Positions 1 through 12,927 of a stretch of DNA of 64,000 nt are shown here, one piece after another. The DNA is from Eledone cirrhosa (taxonomy: Eukaryota). Each line of letters starts with the position of its first letter. The first letter of the stretch is position 1. The stretch lies in the NCBI GenBank assembly GCA_964016885.1, contig OZ024746.1, forward strand, positions 92,442,001 through 92,506,000, given 5' to 3'. The position numbers were made by a program, and so were the translations under genes. The notes under the pieces were generated by a model. It saw only the letters and a list, made by a program, of their open reading frames with translations, was not told where the DNA came from and did no database searches.

Positions 1-625
1 TGTGGCTGGCCGTAGCCTAAAATGCACCAAACTCTGTAATCTGACAAGCAATTGCAATACTCTTAGCAGAGATTGCAGCCATCATGTGTGTGTGTGTGTG
101 TGTGTGTGTATGTTTGATTTTGATCAATACAATATTATTATATAATCAGACCATACCAAAAGTGTATATGTTTATCTATTATAAAACAAAATATTGGGAA
201 TTCCATCCAGCCATATTAACAGACAATTGAATGTTTTAAATATATATATAAATACCTATTTAAACAATTTTGATAGAGAAAATATATTTGTTTCTATTTT
301 GTTTTTGTCTCATTTTAATTTTCATTCCGATGTGATGACCATCTCAGAAAAGTACAAAGACTGAATTTGTGTTTTGTAATAACTAAATTGTTTTTCACGT
401 GATATTTTGGGGATATATTCTATAGATTAAGTTGAGCTTCTCTTTTAGTTGTTCTTTTTTACATGCATGATTTTTGTGTGTCAATAACGGATTGAGGCAT
501 TTAAAAAACTAACTCTTTCAGTTGTATTCCTATTTCAATATTTCACTGCTATATGGACCTATCAAACTAAACCACTTCGCTCTCATTGAGCAAGGTTTTT
601 TATTCTTTTTCTAGCATGCCTTTAT

Positions 626-1460
626 CATCATCATTATGATCATTTAACATCCACTTTTCCTACTAGCAAGGGTTGGATGAGTCTCCATAGACCAAGTCAG
701 TAATGAAGTCGGACTACTGACTTCTCAGACAGTTAGGACGACTGCATCTCGCTTACATACCATTCAATGTTCTACTGAGTGTACTTTATTATGGCACCAA
801 CACTAGGGAGAGTGTCATGTCAACACTGTGATACCAACACTAGGGAGGTTGTTCTGTTGACACTGTGACACCAACACTAGGGAGAATGTCCTGTCGACAC
901 TGTGACACCAACACTAGGGAGAGTGTCCTGTCGACAATGTGACACCAACACTAGGGAGAGTGTCATGTCGACACTGTGACACCAACACTAGGGAGAGTGT
1001 CCTGTCGACACTGTGATACCTACACTAGGGAGGTTGTCATGTCAACACTGTGACACCAACACTAGGGAGAGTGTCCTGTCGACACTGTGATACCTACACT
1101 AGGGAGGTTGTCATGTCAACACTGTGACACCAACACTAGGGAGAGTGTCCTGTCGACACTGAAACCAACACTAGGGAGGTTGTCATGTCTTTGACACAAC
1201 TGAAGGGTCCTCCCAACCCTTTGTTCGACAAGCTTTCTATAGCTGGATGCCCTTCCTTCCCCCAACCATTTAACAGTGTGCACTGGGTGCTTATCGTGCA
1301 GATCAACATTAGAGCGGTTGTCATGCCGTTGACACAATGAAAGCATCCTCTCAACACTTTTAGGCATGGTTTCTACAGCAGAGTGCCTTTCCTATCACCA
1401 ACCACCTTACAGGTTGTACCAGGTGATTTGTGTGCTACCAACACTAGTGAGGTTGTTAGT
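626..1460 (-). mobile_element. Degenerate RTE-type 3' tail/UTR with internal minisatellite expansion
   Basis: (CAT)n, tttaacatccacttttcc, ctagcaagggttgga and gctggatgcccttcc...ccaacc are the reverse complement of the RTE 3' end seen at 16190-16350 and 63170-63210. Confidence 0.6.
795..1188. repeat. ~37-bp minisatellite (gacactgtgacaccaacactagggagagtgtcctgtc), ~10 copies
   Basis: Direct tandem repeats visible; single-unit relatives at ~1437 and ~23810. Confidence 0.9.
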
Positions 1461-2966
1461 CATTGTCCTAACTGAAGAGTTTTCTCTCTTCTGTTGGAAT
1501 GTGGGAGGAGAAGAGAGACAGGTATGAAATTATGGATGTATGGCAAGTGTGGTATCATTTGACAGGGTGATTAGTTGAGCTAAGGCGTGACCTTTGGTAG
1601 TATAAGGGGAAGGGAATGGTGCCTTAGAGGGAAGTTATGGACCCAAATCCAGTATTGATCTGTTCTTCAGGCTGATATATAAAAAAAGAGATTATATAAT
1701 GTCATCCTAGCGACTTAGTCTGAATAATAAAGGTAACAGGGATGACTGGAACTCCTTTGATGATGGGTCTGCTGGTCTAGAGCTGACTTGGTAATGATGA
1801 TGGGACATTGTTTATCTGAAGTCTTACCTGAAGATCATCAATACAGTGTTCTTGTACAACTCAGTAAGAAACAGATTCAACAAAAAATTCTAATGAAATA
1901 ATACTGTCCATCCCCACCCCTCTCACCATGTTTATTTTCCTTTCATTTTTTTAAAATTATTTTAAAACTCCAGTTTATGGTTAAGCAAGTCTTCCTGGTG
2001 TTGACTGCTACATTCTAAATTGGGTTTGTTTATATATATATATATATATTGCAGAAGAATGTTGCTTATAAGTAGTTGTTATGTCATAGCTTCTTGAGAA
2101 TAAACCGGTCCTAGCAATCCACTTCACATCAGTAGTTTATCCCAGGTAAGTGTTGGGGATTAAGGGTAACGGAGTATTCATTTATCAAATAAAAGTAGTT
2201 AAGATTGGATTAATTCTCCACAATTGTTTGTTGTATATCCCTGTTACATGGTTATTCATGTGACTTCATCAGATGCTTACACAATGATAGGTGCAGTTAT
2301 GTAATCATTGGGATATGTTGCTGGCCATGTATAAGTAGTGATGTCAGCAGGGTGTAATTTGAAAGAGATTTGGCTGCTAATTCCAGTAGGTTGAATGATC
2401 TCACTGAGACATCCTCATTGGCTGCTGCTTGAGTTGATTATGCCTGCTAACCTCCCAACCTCTTCATTGAACAAGCTGACATGAATGGAAATGAAATGTT
2501 TCTAAAAATAGATTATTCTACTTTCATATCTTGTCATTCCTTCTCAATAATAAATGATACTGAGTGAATTATTGATATATCCTCCACTTGCTTACAGTAT
2601 ATCCTGTAATTATTGTTTATCTCCTGCTTTCCATTGAGATTTAATCTTCTGATTACAGTAAGTGTCTCTATCAGCATTAATCTTCCATATCGGCTGGCAG
2701 CCATTGCTTTAACATAGTTAAACTGACACAATCAATGTCAAATAGAATGTCTTTATCAGTAGACTACAAACTCACAGACATGTCTGTATGTCAAAATCAA
2801 TTGATCAGGCTGCCACTTTGATTAATGATAGCTTTTACAAATGTTAGACAAACTTGAAAATAAAAATGAAGGTTTTTCAGTTTATAATCTTACAGAATAA
2901 CTGGGGCATTCTGTCAACATGGAATATTTATACATACATACCTATACACATATATATATATATATT

Positions 2967-3238
2967 TGTGAGTTCAATTCTCAGACCGGGTGATGTGTTG
3001 TTTCCTTGAGCAAGACACTTTATTTCACATTGCTCCAGTTAACTCAGCTGTAGAAATGAGATGATAGGACTGGGGTCCATATCGTTCCACTGTAAAGTGG
3101 ACGTGTAGGCGCCACGGAAAAAAAGCACCCAACACTCACTGTAAATGAGGTTGGTGTTAGGAAGGGCATCCAGCTGTAGAAATCAAGCCGGAATCAGTTC
3201 CCGTCCCACCCTTGCAAGCAGGGAAAAGCGGACGTAAA

Positions 3239-3280
<42 letters not shown>
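2967..3280 (+). mobile_element. SINE family A (tRNA-like head, ccttgagcaagacactt body, RTE-derived 3' tail), 5'-truncated
   Basis: B-box-like gagttcaattc; RTE tail ggttggtgttaggaagggcatccagc...ggacgtaaaat(gat)n; near-identical to the copies at 5312, 10378 and 39591. Confidence 0.8.
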
Positions 3281-3282
<2 letters not shown>

Positions 3283-5311
3283 ATATATATATATATATAT
3301 TAATTTAATAATGAAAACAATAACAGTCAAGTTATATTACCTATTCATATCATTGTTTTACGGTTGTTTCAGAGGGTTGATCACATTGATATATTGTCTG
3401 ATCTATAGTAAAAAAAACTTTACCCCGTAATTTTATGTAATATCCTTCATTAAGTTATGTTCCAAATACCACCTTATTGATGAGAAAATTATATTAATTA
3501 TTTTCAAAATTATTTAAAAATCATATGCAGTGTCTTTTATTAGAAACATTGTAACGAGAGGGTTAATGAGTTATTTGCTGACTTGTAATTCCAAGTTCAA
3601 ATCTTCCTACATTGTCAGGAGAAAGATAGATTATAACGAAACTAACTTGGTATGTTTACATCATTGGATAATATAATACAAGTTATATCTCTCAATAGGT
3701 TATAGAACTTACATATAATATAAAAGAAGTTAAATTTAAAGTTTGGCTCAAGCCCGGAGGATGATCAAGCTGGTTTTTATCCCAGTTTCCTCAGCCTTAA
3801 GCAGCTGGAAGTACAAGACAGCCACCCATCCTGGTAAAGATGCTAGTCCATCACATGTTTAACTCCCAGCTATTGCTGCTACTCATTTTCAGCTGAGTTT
3901 TCTTGAGCAATATGAAATGAAGTGTTTTGCTCAAGAACACAACCTGCCACCAGGTTTAGGAATGAAACCCATGACATTATGTTCTCAAGTCCAGCATTCT
4001 AACCACCAAGCAATGCATGTTCATAATATAATGCAGGTAAATATTGGTAAAATATTCCATCAGAAAATGTTTAGATAGATGAACAATTAGAGACAAGATC
4101 CTTGTGAATAGATTAGCTAACCCAGTTTCTCTTCTCTGTCATTTCATTATTAAGAAATGGTTTTGAAAAGACATTGACATCACACAGTCTCATAATCTTT
4201 CTCCTATAAATCTGAGGATGTTTACTTATGGAGAAAAAAAATTTATATTCAGATGACAACTTTCTGGATAATTTTCATCAACTTATAATGTGTGTGTGTT
4301 TAATTATAATATTTATATGTATCCTTCATTTTAATTGATTCAATATTAAAACCATTTGTTTAGAAATAAAGTCTCCTACTTGAAACTCAGCCTGGGATAA
4401 ATTGATATATTGAAGAATAAAATACCCTATGATAATTGGAAATCAAATCAATCAAAACATAGTAGTGGTTGTAAATATTGCAAATATATGCACTAAAGAT
4501 GAATGAAGTTAATAGTCTAAATTTCATTTCAAAACTTGAGATATTTAATCAATAAATTGACTCGTTCCTAGATAATTTGCATTTTCTATTTTCCAATAAT
4601 CCATTTAAAATACCAGTTTAAAATGTTGATAACTAAGCAGCTAAAACATCTTATCTCATTATAAAATATTATTTCAAAATGCTGCAACTTATGAAAGAAA
4701 CTCATTCTATCTGCTGATAACTGACAAACATGTTGCTTTAATGTGTTTCTTACCAACTTAGGAAAATACCACATTGGGGAAAACTTGATTAGTTTTGATT
4801 TCTGATTGAAGCTACTCCATATTTCTTACTTTGCTAATGTATTTGGTAAAAAGCATTAATATTACATTACCACAATACTTTTTTTCCCCTTATGATGTGA
4901 GATTTTCTCATAACTCATAACTCATTTAAAATACTGTTTCAATATTTAGAAAGAAAAAAAAAAATCATGTAGTATGAAGTAACTTCCTCCTCTTCCTCAG
5001 GCGATTACAATAGTTTTCAGACACACCTTCTAGACTATTTTGTTGGAATCAACCATCTCTAAATAATCCAACTGGATCCCTAAACAAGATCAACCAAGAT
5101 TATAGATGTTATCCAACTATTTTGCTTATGATCTCCTTCCAATTGGCTTTGCCCATCAAATCTTTCTTGTAATTCTTTCCTTGTACATTCCAACTACATG
5201 TTCACTGTACCATAGCAGTGATCTCTCAGAGAAGTAGTGGAGCAACTCTATTATGTTGATAATCTATTTAGTAACACTATTTTGACATAAGTTTTTACAT
5301 GCATCATCGTT

Positions 5312-5650
5312 TCATCATCATTTCATTTTACGTCCGCTTTTTCCCTGCTTGCAAGGGTGGGACGGGAACTGATTCTGGCTTGATTTCTACAGCTGGATGC
5401 CCTTCCTAACACCAACCTCATTTACAGTGAGTGCTGGGTGCTTTTTTGCCGTGGCACCTCCACAACCACTTTACAGTGGAATGATAGGGACCCCAGTCCC
5501 TATCATCTCATTTCTACAGCTGAGTAAACTGGAGCAATTTGAAATAAAGTGTCTTGCTCAAGGAAACAACACATCACCCGGTCTGAGAATTGAACTCACA
5601 ACCTTTCGATTGCAAGGCCAATGTTCTAACCACTAAGTCATGTGCCTCCA
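5312..5650 (-). mobile_element. SINE family A, full-length
   Basis: Reverse strand reads tggaggcacatgacttagtggttagaac (A box)...gagttcaattc (B box)...RTE tail (gat)n. Confidence 0.85.
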
Positions 5651-6719
5651 CTTTATTTTAATGTGCCAACAATTTATAACAGACACTTGGTATATGTCAA
5701 CAATTTATTTAGAATCTCTTGCTTCACTTTAATGATATTTTAATAAACTTTATACATTGCAACTTCCTGGATCATCCACTGAGAAAAAGGTTTTATTCAA
5801 GAAGTCATCAAGAAATCACAACACCTATTTTCTTACCTGTATATTAATGTAGCTATTTTCTTTTCACTTAGTTTTAAATTCTTATTATAGGTACTGTAAG
5901 TTAGTGATTAAGAATTTTCATGTTAATTACAAATTTGCATCTTTATGATGTGCTGCAAGTTTTATCTGCAATTTAATTAAAGAAATTTGCTGAATATAAT
6001 TTGCTAGTTTAATAATTTGACTCCTCTGTACAGCAATAACCCTTTGAGAGGGTCTCATGTTATTTAACCAATGAACAAAGCAATTTAAAGTACACACAAA
6101 GAATTAAATATATTTTATACACAATCTGTCCATGGTTCAGAGGCTTGTGCTGATAAATAACCAAAATGTAATGCAATGTTAACTGCATTGCATATTTAAA
6201 ATTAAAAAAAAGATATATATGCAAATTTATAATCCTAAGCAATACATGCTAAAATTTTAATAGTTTTAGTTTTACACAAATTCAAAAATTCAGAGCATAA
6301 ATATTTTATTGTCACTGGGAAAAATTAGAAAGCAAAACAGTTTGTGCACAGAGGACATTAAAAAATCAAAGAGAACATTATCCTTGTGCAGATAATTAGG
6401 TAACACTTTCATTTATTTTCTACTCTTCTCAGCTGTGTATGTATTATATCTCTGTGTATGATTATTGTATTTTACTGAAGTTTGGAGCAGGTTTTTAAAT
6501 AAATCCTGCTTTATATGTTAAGGCAGTAGAAGAAAGTACAAAAATTGGTAAAAAATTATAGAAATATTAGTAAGAAAATAGTTGATAGGGGGGGGGGCAT
6601 TAAAAACAAACTAGAAATTATTATCTGGAAAGAAAAAAAAACATGTTAGATAACCTGATTATTTTCATTTTTTTTCAGCAAGTCCACAAGACAATTTCAG
6701 ACATGTCTTTGATCTTCTA

Positions 6720-7376
6720 ATAGTACAAAATAGCCCTCCACTGTACTTACTATAGTTCTAACAGTACAACATAGCCCCCCACTCTTCTTTCTATAGTTGT
6801 GGTCTTCTGTACAACATAGCCCTCCACTCTACTTGCTGTAGTTGTGTTCTTCTGTACAACATAGCCCTCCACTCTACTTGCTGTAGTTGTGGTCTTCTGT
6901 ACAACATAGCCCTCCACTCTACTTTCTGTAGTTATGGTCTTCTGTACAACATAGCCCTCCACTCTACTTGCTCTAGTTGTGGTCTTCTGTACAACATAGT
7001 CCTACACTCTACTTTCTATAGTTGTGGTCTTCTGTACAACATAGTCCTACACTCTACTTTCTATAGTTGTGGTCTTCTGTACAATATAGCCCTCCACTCT
7101 ACTTGCTCTAGTTGTGGTCTTCTGTACAACATAGTCCTACACTCTACATTCTATAGTTGTGGTCTTCTGTACAACATAGCCCTCCACTCTACTTGCTCTA
7201 GTTGTGGTCTTCTGTACAACATAGTCCTACACTCTACTTGCTGTAGTTGTGGTCTTCTGTACAACATAGCCCTCCACTCTACTTTCTATAGTTGTGGTCT
7301 TCTGTACAACATAGCCCTCCACTCTACTTGCTGTTGTTCTAAAACATAACCCTCCACTCTACTTTCTATAGTTGTG
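6720..7376. repeat. 45-bp minisatellite (gttgtggtcttctgtacaacatagccctccactctacttgctgta), ~14 copies
   Basis: Tandem repeats visible; 15-aa periodicity in ORF 6750..6962. Confidence 0.92.
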
Positions 7377-7770
7377 CTAAAAGAATCAGTAAGTAATCTA
7401 CAGTTTAGGACATTATTTGACGTCGGAAAATACAATTGTTGAAATAATAAATAATTCATAGACAATATCTGGAATTAATGAAAATAAAAGGAAGTGCAAT
7501 GATGTGTACCTCTTTAATAATAACTTGGCTCAGCTCTCATTCTATCAAACAAAACAGTTTTAAAATCTAATATGCTATTAGTTGTTGCTTCACAGTGAGT
7601 GCTGCTTTCATCTCTGGTTGAAGAATTTAGCAATGGATGTTGTATTTATATTTAATAATTACCATTACAAAATAGTTGATGACTCATTTTATTTATTGTT
7701 TTACCCATGTGATCTATATTGATTATATACATATATGTACATACATTCATATACAAATATATATATATAT

Positions 7771-8120
7771 TTCATCCCGCAGGGTGTCCAAATATCACCC
7801 TCCTCGCCATGCAAGCTTGGTGGGGTTGCCAGTTTAAGCCCACAGTTGTTATCACAACACCTTTCTAAGAGAGGGAAACTCTGAAAAAAAAACCTGCAGT
7901 TTCGGAAGCATCCAATGATGTTGACCAGTTCTCCTTTTTGAAAAGTGTTTTTGATGCTCAGACAGTGGGATTGGTAATGTGCAAGGCCTTTCACCACTTA
8001 AAAAACCTTCAAAGCACAGGCATTGCTTGTTCAGGATCTGTTACAGGTTTGTGTGGCTGGCCGTAGCCTAAAAGTGCACCAAACTCTGTAATCTGACAAG
8101 CGATTGCAATACTCTAAGCA
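7771..8120 (+). repeat. Dispersed repeat, possibly retroelement 5'-UTR-derived; its 3' part recurs at 1..68
   Basis: 8052-8120 matches 1-68 almost exactly; starts at the edge of a (TA)n; contains a gagagggaaactctga...aaacc motif reminiscent of RTE 5' UTRs. Confidence 0.5.
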
Positions 8121-8967
8121 ATGTAATAAGTGTTATGATATAACGGACTCTAACCGGAAATGTAGACATTTGAAAATTTTAAAAGAAGTAAATCTTAAAA
8201 TAAACAATCATTATATATAAGAATATTTATGTTTAATCAACAGCTACGAAATTTAGTTGATAAATTATGTAATATTCATTCATTATTTATTCAAAGTAAT
8301 CTAACTTATTTTATTAACAGGATAAAAAAAAATATTCGGGATGCAGTCCCCCCTTTATTATAGTTATGATTTGCTTGATACTTGCATAAAGAAAACTGAG
8401 AGAAACTTCTAAAGAAATAACAGCTGATTAAATGCCTTACAAACAGCTTCTGGTTTGTTTTAGGCAGGTGTACTGGGTAAATATAGAAAATAAATACATT
8501 TGAAGTCCTTTCATGCTTCTACATTTCTCACATTAGGAGAGTCTCTATCAGTCATAACAGACCACAAGTGTGTACTTGGAAAGTTCTTCTCCACAGTGCA
8601 AGTCTGGGTAAGGTGTTTCGTGAAAACTATCATCCGCCCATGCTTATTAGGTCCTCACCACCTCTCCATGCCACCGATATTATCTAAAGGAAAGGCAAAG
8701 GCCTATACAGCTTGACACCAATGTTATTGCAACTCAGTTTTTCCAGCTGAGGTGACTGGAGCAACATGAAATAAAGTATCTTGCTCAAGGACACAATGCA
8801 CTGCCCAAGGGGGGAATTAAACTCACAACCTTATGATTGTAAACCCAACACCCTAATTGCTTTGTTTGGTGTTTGTACACTATATTTATGACGATGTCAT
8901 TTAAGGAGGTTCATTAATCGTCCAGCTTTTAAAAACCCATCATTTACCACACTAGTCTTTTAAAATT

Positions 8968-9150
8968 ACTGTTTCTACTTTAGGCACAAAGCCAGCAATT
9001 ACCCAGTGCATTACTGGTACTTTATTTTATCAACCCCGTAAGGATGAAAGGCAAAGTCAACCTCGGTCGGATTTGAACTCAGATCGTAAAGGGACGTAAC
9101 TATGCTGGAAAGCATGGCGCCTGACCCTCTACCGATACTGCCAATCCACC
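8968..9150 (-). mobile_element. SINE family B (tRNA-like head, gcctttcatccttacggggtcgataaaataaagtaccag body)
   Basis: Reverse strand: tggcagtatcggtagagg...gagttcaaatcc...ggctttgtgcctaaagtagaaac; many copies in the window. The body resembles Deu/Nin-type SINE central domains (recalled, not searched). Confidence 0.8.
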
Positions 9151-9360
9151 ATCACTAGTCTTTTAAAATAACGATCATAATCTATTTAGACAGATTTTGT
9201 AATTCTTAATAAATCTACTTTCTTGATTCATCTATATTAAATCAGCAGTATTGTTTGTATTGCAACAGTGTCAGAAACCTCTGTATGTCAACAAGTTATT
9301 TACTGTACCTAGCTTCAATTGTTCCCTAACAGGTATTTGTCTAGTAAATCATGTTTGTTA

Positions 9361-9808
9361 TCTATATATCTAAAACAGAGAATGTCTGTCTGTCTGACTC
9401 CCTAAAACTCGAGAACCACCCAACCGATTGTTTTCAAACTTTACACATGTAATACTTACGGTCGTGTGAGTGTTTTGAGCAAAACATATTTCAAATTTTC
9501 AATGCCCTAGGGACCGCATTAGGCGATTTAGCGATCTCTCTCTATAAGTCTTAGTCTTTCTTTTTAGATAGATACATAGATATAACGTTGCGCCCTTATA
9601 ATATCTGTCTCTATGTCTGGCTGTCTACATTACGACATTATGATGCTATATGTGTGTGTGTGTATATATAGTGTATGTATATATATATATATAGTGTGTA
9701 ACGTTTTTCGAAATATTTACTTCTGCGTTCACAGATTGATTTGTTTAGTTTCAGAAGATCCCATTAAGGGTGAAAGCAGCGATTCTTTACTCAAACTTTA
9801 ATCTGTTA

Positions 9809-9862
<54 letters not shown>

Positions 9863-10010
9863 TATATTTGTATACAGATATTTTTGCATACACAATAACA
9901 AAATACAATAACAAACATATTTATTTCACGAGGCTCGACAAGAATAAATATATATCAAATATATAAGAACCCTAGAGAAAATCCCGAGGAACGCTGGGCC
10001 GTTCTGCTAG
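9361..10010 (+). mobile_element. Non-autonomous Helitron-like element with nested microsatellites and PLE-end fragments
   Basis: A|TCtatatatctaaaa...tgtctgtctgtctg 5' end; GC-rich subterminal hairpin cccgaggaacgctggg followed by CTAG|T at 10007-10011. Confidence 0.65.
9747..9797 (+). ncRNA. Hammerhead-like motif with CAGAAGA core variant (second copy 10204..10249)
   Basis: agttt-CAGAAGA-tcccattaagggt-GAAA-gca...tac-TC-aaact; stem I agttt/aaact; stem III gca/tgc in the second copy. Confidence 0.5.
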
Positions 10011-10269
10011 TATGTAACTAATATTATTGATATTGTAAAACCCATGATTATCACAAGGTTGTAAAACTGGTTGGAATGATGGATATACATTATAGGATTT
10101 CAAATCCATTTTCATCTTCAATACATATATATATGTATATAGTAATAATAATAAATGCGAAGATTTAAAACCCAAAGAGGGCTTGATAAGGATAAATATA
10201 TATCAGAAGATCCCGTTAAGGCTGAAAGCAGTGATTCTTTGCTTAAACTTTAATGTGTTATTTTAATAA

Positions 10270-10324
<55 letters not shown>

Positions 10325-10377
10325 TATATGTATAAATATATATATATATACACATATATATACATTTATATATATAT

Positions 10378-10706
10378 CATCATCATCATCATCATTTTAC
10401 GTCCGCTTTTCCCTGCTTGCAGGGGTGGGACGGGAACTGATTCTGGCTTGATTTCTACAGCTGGATGCCCTTCCTAACACCAACCTCATTTACAGTGAGT
10501 GCTGGGTGCTTTTTTGCCGTGGCACCGCCACGACCACTTTGCAGTGGAATGATATGGACCCCAGTGCCTATCATCTCATTTCTACAGCTGAGTAAACTGG
10601 AGCAATGTGAAATAAAGTGTCTTGCTCAAGGAAACAACACATCACCCGGTCTGGGAATTGAACTCACAACCTTTCGATTGCAAGGCCAATGCTCTAACCA
10701 CTAAGC
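10378..10706 (-). mobile_element. SINE family A
   Basis: Near-identical to 5312..5650. Confidence 0.85.
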
Positions 10707-10737
10707 CTTATACACATATATATACATTTATATATAT

Positions 10738-11270
10738 CATCATCATCATCATTGTTTAACGTCCATCTTCCACGCTAGCATGAGTCTGGACGGGAATTGT
10801 CCCACTTGAGGCAAGATTGGTTGTCTTGCTCAGGATTGTCTGCGGGTTTTCTACGGCTGGATGCCCTTCCTAACAGCAACCACGTTTACAGTGTGGACTG
10901 GGAGGTTTTTACAGTGTTACCTACACGGCCACATTACAGCGTGGACTGTGTGTTTTTTTTTTGTTGTGACACCTACACGACCTCATTTATTTAGGACTGG
11001 ATGTTGTGGTACCAACATAACTTTACATCGAAAGGGGTGGTGTGGATGGGGTGGGGGTAGTGGGACAGGGTGTATTTTGGTTAAGTGGTGCCTACTGACT
11101 GTAGGTTTTGCTTTGTACTTAGGCAAGGCGGGTCTTCTGTATTACTGCGTAGTGCCAAAGATCTCGGTCCAGTGACATTGTCTTGGAGAGGTGTAAATGT
11201 GTGAGGTCAGAATTTATCAAGTCGTCCCAGATTTTTCTGGGTCTGCCTACTCCGTAGCTACCGTCTATTT
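10738..11270 (-). mobile_element. RTE LINE 3' fragment (ORF C-terminus + 3' UTR + (GAT)n)
   Basis: Reverse complement matches 62790-63210 and 15770-16350. Confidence 0.9.
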
Positions 11271-11296
11271 TGATCGCCCGGCACTTTTTTATACAG

Positions 11297-11339
<43 letters not shown>

Positions 11340-11459
11340 CTTATTTAATCCAGAATTAGCCGTCGAAACTACTCATTCCTATATATACATATATATATAT
11401 AAAATAATTAAGTCAAATATGTAAAATTTGGTTTCGTTTATTATAAATTATAGATATAT

Positions 11460-11517
11460 TGCTAAATTATAGATATATTTCGGTGACAGCCATCATTGGC
11501 TGTGAGCTCTTCAGGCA
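11460..11517 (-). ncRNA. Degenerate hammerhead-like motif
   Basis: tgc-CTGAAGA-gctcacagcca atga tggctgtcacc-GAAA-tatatc...; stem II is good, stems I and III are imperfect. Confidence 0.4.
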
Positions 11518-11736
11518 GTCCGAATTGGTGTGGGAAGGACAGGTACACATGTTGTTGAAGTGTGTTTTACTCCATCGATACATCGATATGTCCAGATGTA
11601 TCACTGATTTTTCATTTTATATTATATCATACTCTGCTCTGAAAGAGCATAGAGTGCTCAACCGGCATACCGCCTATGGAAGCATCTTAGCTACCATCTG
11701 ACACACATATATATTCATATATATATTTATATATAT

Positions 11737-11921
11737 CAAGCCGTTTCGACGGCTATTTCTGGACTAAAGTCCATAAATAGCCGTAAAGTCCAGAAATAGC
11801 CGTCGAAATGGCTGAGCTCTGCCGTCGGGGTCATACTTTCTCCTATTACACACTCTACTACCCTAGTATTGAGTACTCTGGTGCGTTATGGTCCATCTGG
11901 TCCCTTACCACAACTCCTTCG

Positions 11922-11925
<4 letters not shown>
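11737..11925 (+). mobile_element. PLE-end remnant: 3' half of a hammerhead folded back on its own stem II, followed by the terminal hairpin
   Basis: gtccagaaatagccgtc-GAAA-tggc tgagctct gccg-TC-gggg; the upstream part is the inverted copy (ccgtttcgacggctatttctggac); ends in (TA)n. Confidence 0.6.
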
Positions 11926-11964
<39 letters not shown>

Positions 11965-12097
11965 CAGAAGGGATATTCAATTTGTTGGTAATTCAACAAA
12001 TATAAATGTTTATAACTGATTCAGAGCACTCGACAAGTTTTCTGGAGTATAATATTCAATATTAAATAAATGGAAACTATATTTATAAAACCATATT

Positions 12098-12159
12098 TAT
12101 TCTATTATATATATTTCAAGGGTACCAAAAACTTTGGTACGCTTTCATCAGATAAAATA
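12098..12159 (-). ncRNA. Type I hammerhead ribozyme (mirror of 12334..12395)
   Basis: Reverse complement of the + copy. Confidence 0.85.
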
Positions 12160-12333
12160 CAAAGTGCGTTTTATAAATTTTGACATAGCCAAGGAACATA
12201 CCTTAATGGTTGAAGTTATCCTTGGATAGTGGACTTAAAGACCACTAAAAGTCTTTAAGTCCACTATTCAAGGATAACTTCAACCATTAAGGTATGTTCC
12301 TTGGCTATGTCAAAATTTATAAAACGCACTTTG

Positions 12334-12395
12334 TATTTTATCTGATGAAAGCGTACCAAAGTTTTTGGTACCCTTGAAATATATATAATAGAATA
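12334..12395 (+). ncRNA. Type I hammerhead ribozyme with palindromic stem III
   Basis: tattttat-CTGATGA-aagcgtaccaaagtttttggtaccctt-GAAA-tatata-TA-atagaata; predicted cleavage after AUA (12387). Confidence 0.85.
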
Positions 12396-12537
12396 AATAT
12401 GGTTTTATAAATATAATTTCCATTTATTTAATATCATTGAATATTATACTCCAGAAAACTTGTCGAGTGCTCTGAATCAGTTATAAACATTTATATTTGT
12501 TGAATTACCAACAAATTGAATATTCCTTCTGCTTATA

Positions 12538-12636
<99 letters not shown>

Positions 12637-12764
12637 CGAAGGAGTTGTGGTAAGGGACCAGATGGACCATAACGCACCAGAGTACTCAATACTTAGGGTA
12701 GTAGAATCGGTACAGTATATGGAAGGTATATATTAGGTTAACGCTTGATATAGCAGGAAGAGGG

Positions 12765-12800
12765 TCTTAACGTTTCGGACGCTAGTTCTTCATCAGAAGA
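12765..12800 (-). ncRNA. Minimal hammerhead (GAAACGUU type)
   Basis: tctt-CTGATGA-a gaac tagc gtcc-GAAA-cg-TT-aaga; one stem II mismatch; stem III can form only as a dimer. Confidence 0.65.
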
Positions 12801-12894
12801 AAGAATGAAAAATAAAATATATTGATGCGACGGGCGGGATGGAATTGGAAAAAATGTCTTATATATATATATATATTCATATATATATATATTC

Positions 12895-12927
<33 letters not shown>

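Larger units (their letters stand above)
11961..12535. mobile_element. Fold-back element, ~280-bp arms with 8-nt loop (12243-12250), inserted in (TA)n
   Basis: Arms are reverse complements with few mismatches; one HHR per arm. Confidence 0.92.

Noticed and set aside
2240-2280. CTGATGA plus hairpin on the minus strand
   Set aside because: No GAAA or stem III follows; at best a decayed remnant.
2534-2731. Short non-repetitive ORFs (also 4586..4774 and 17575..17778) as host exons
   Set aside because: No recognisable domain or convincing splice context.
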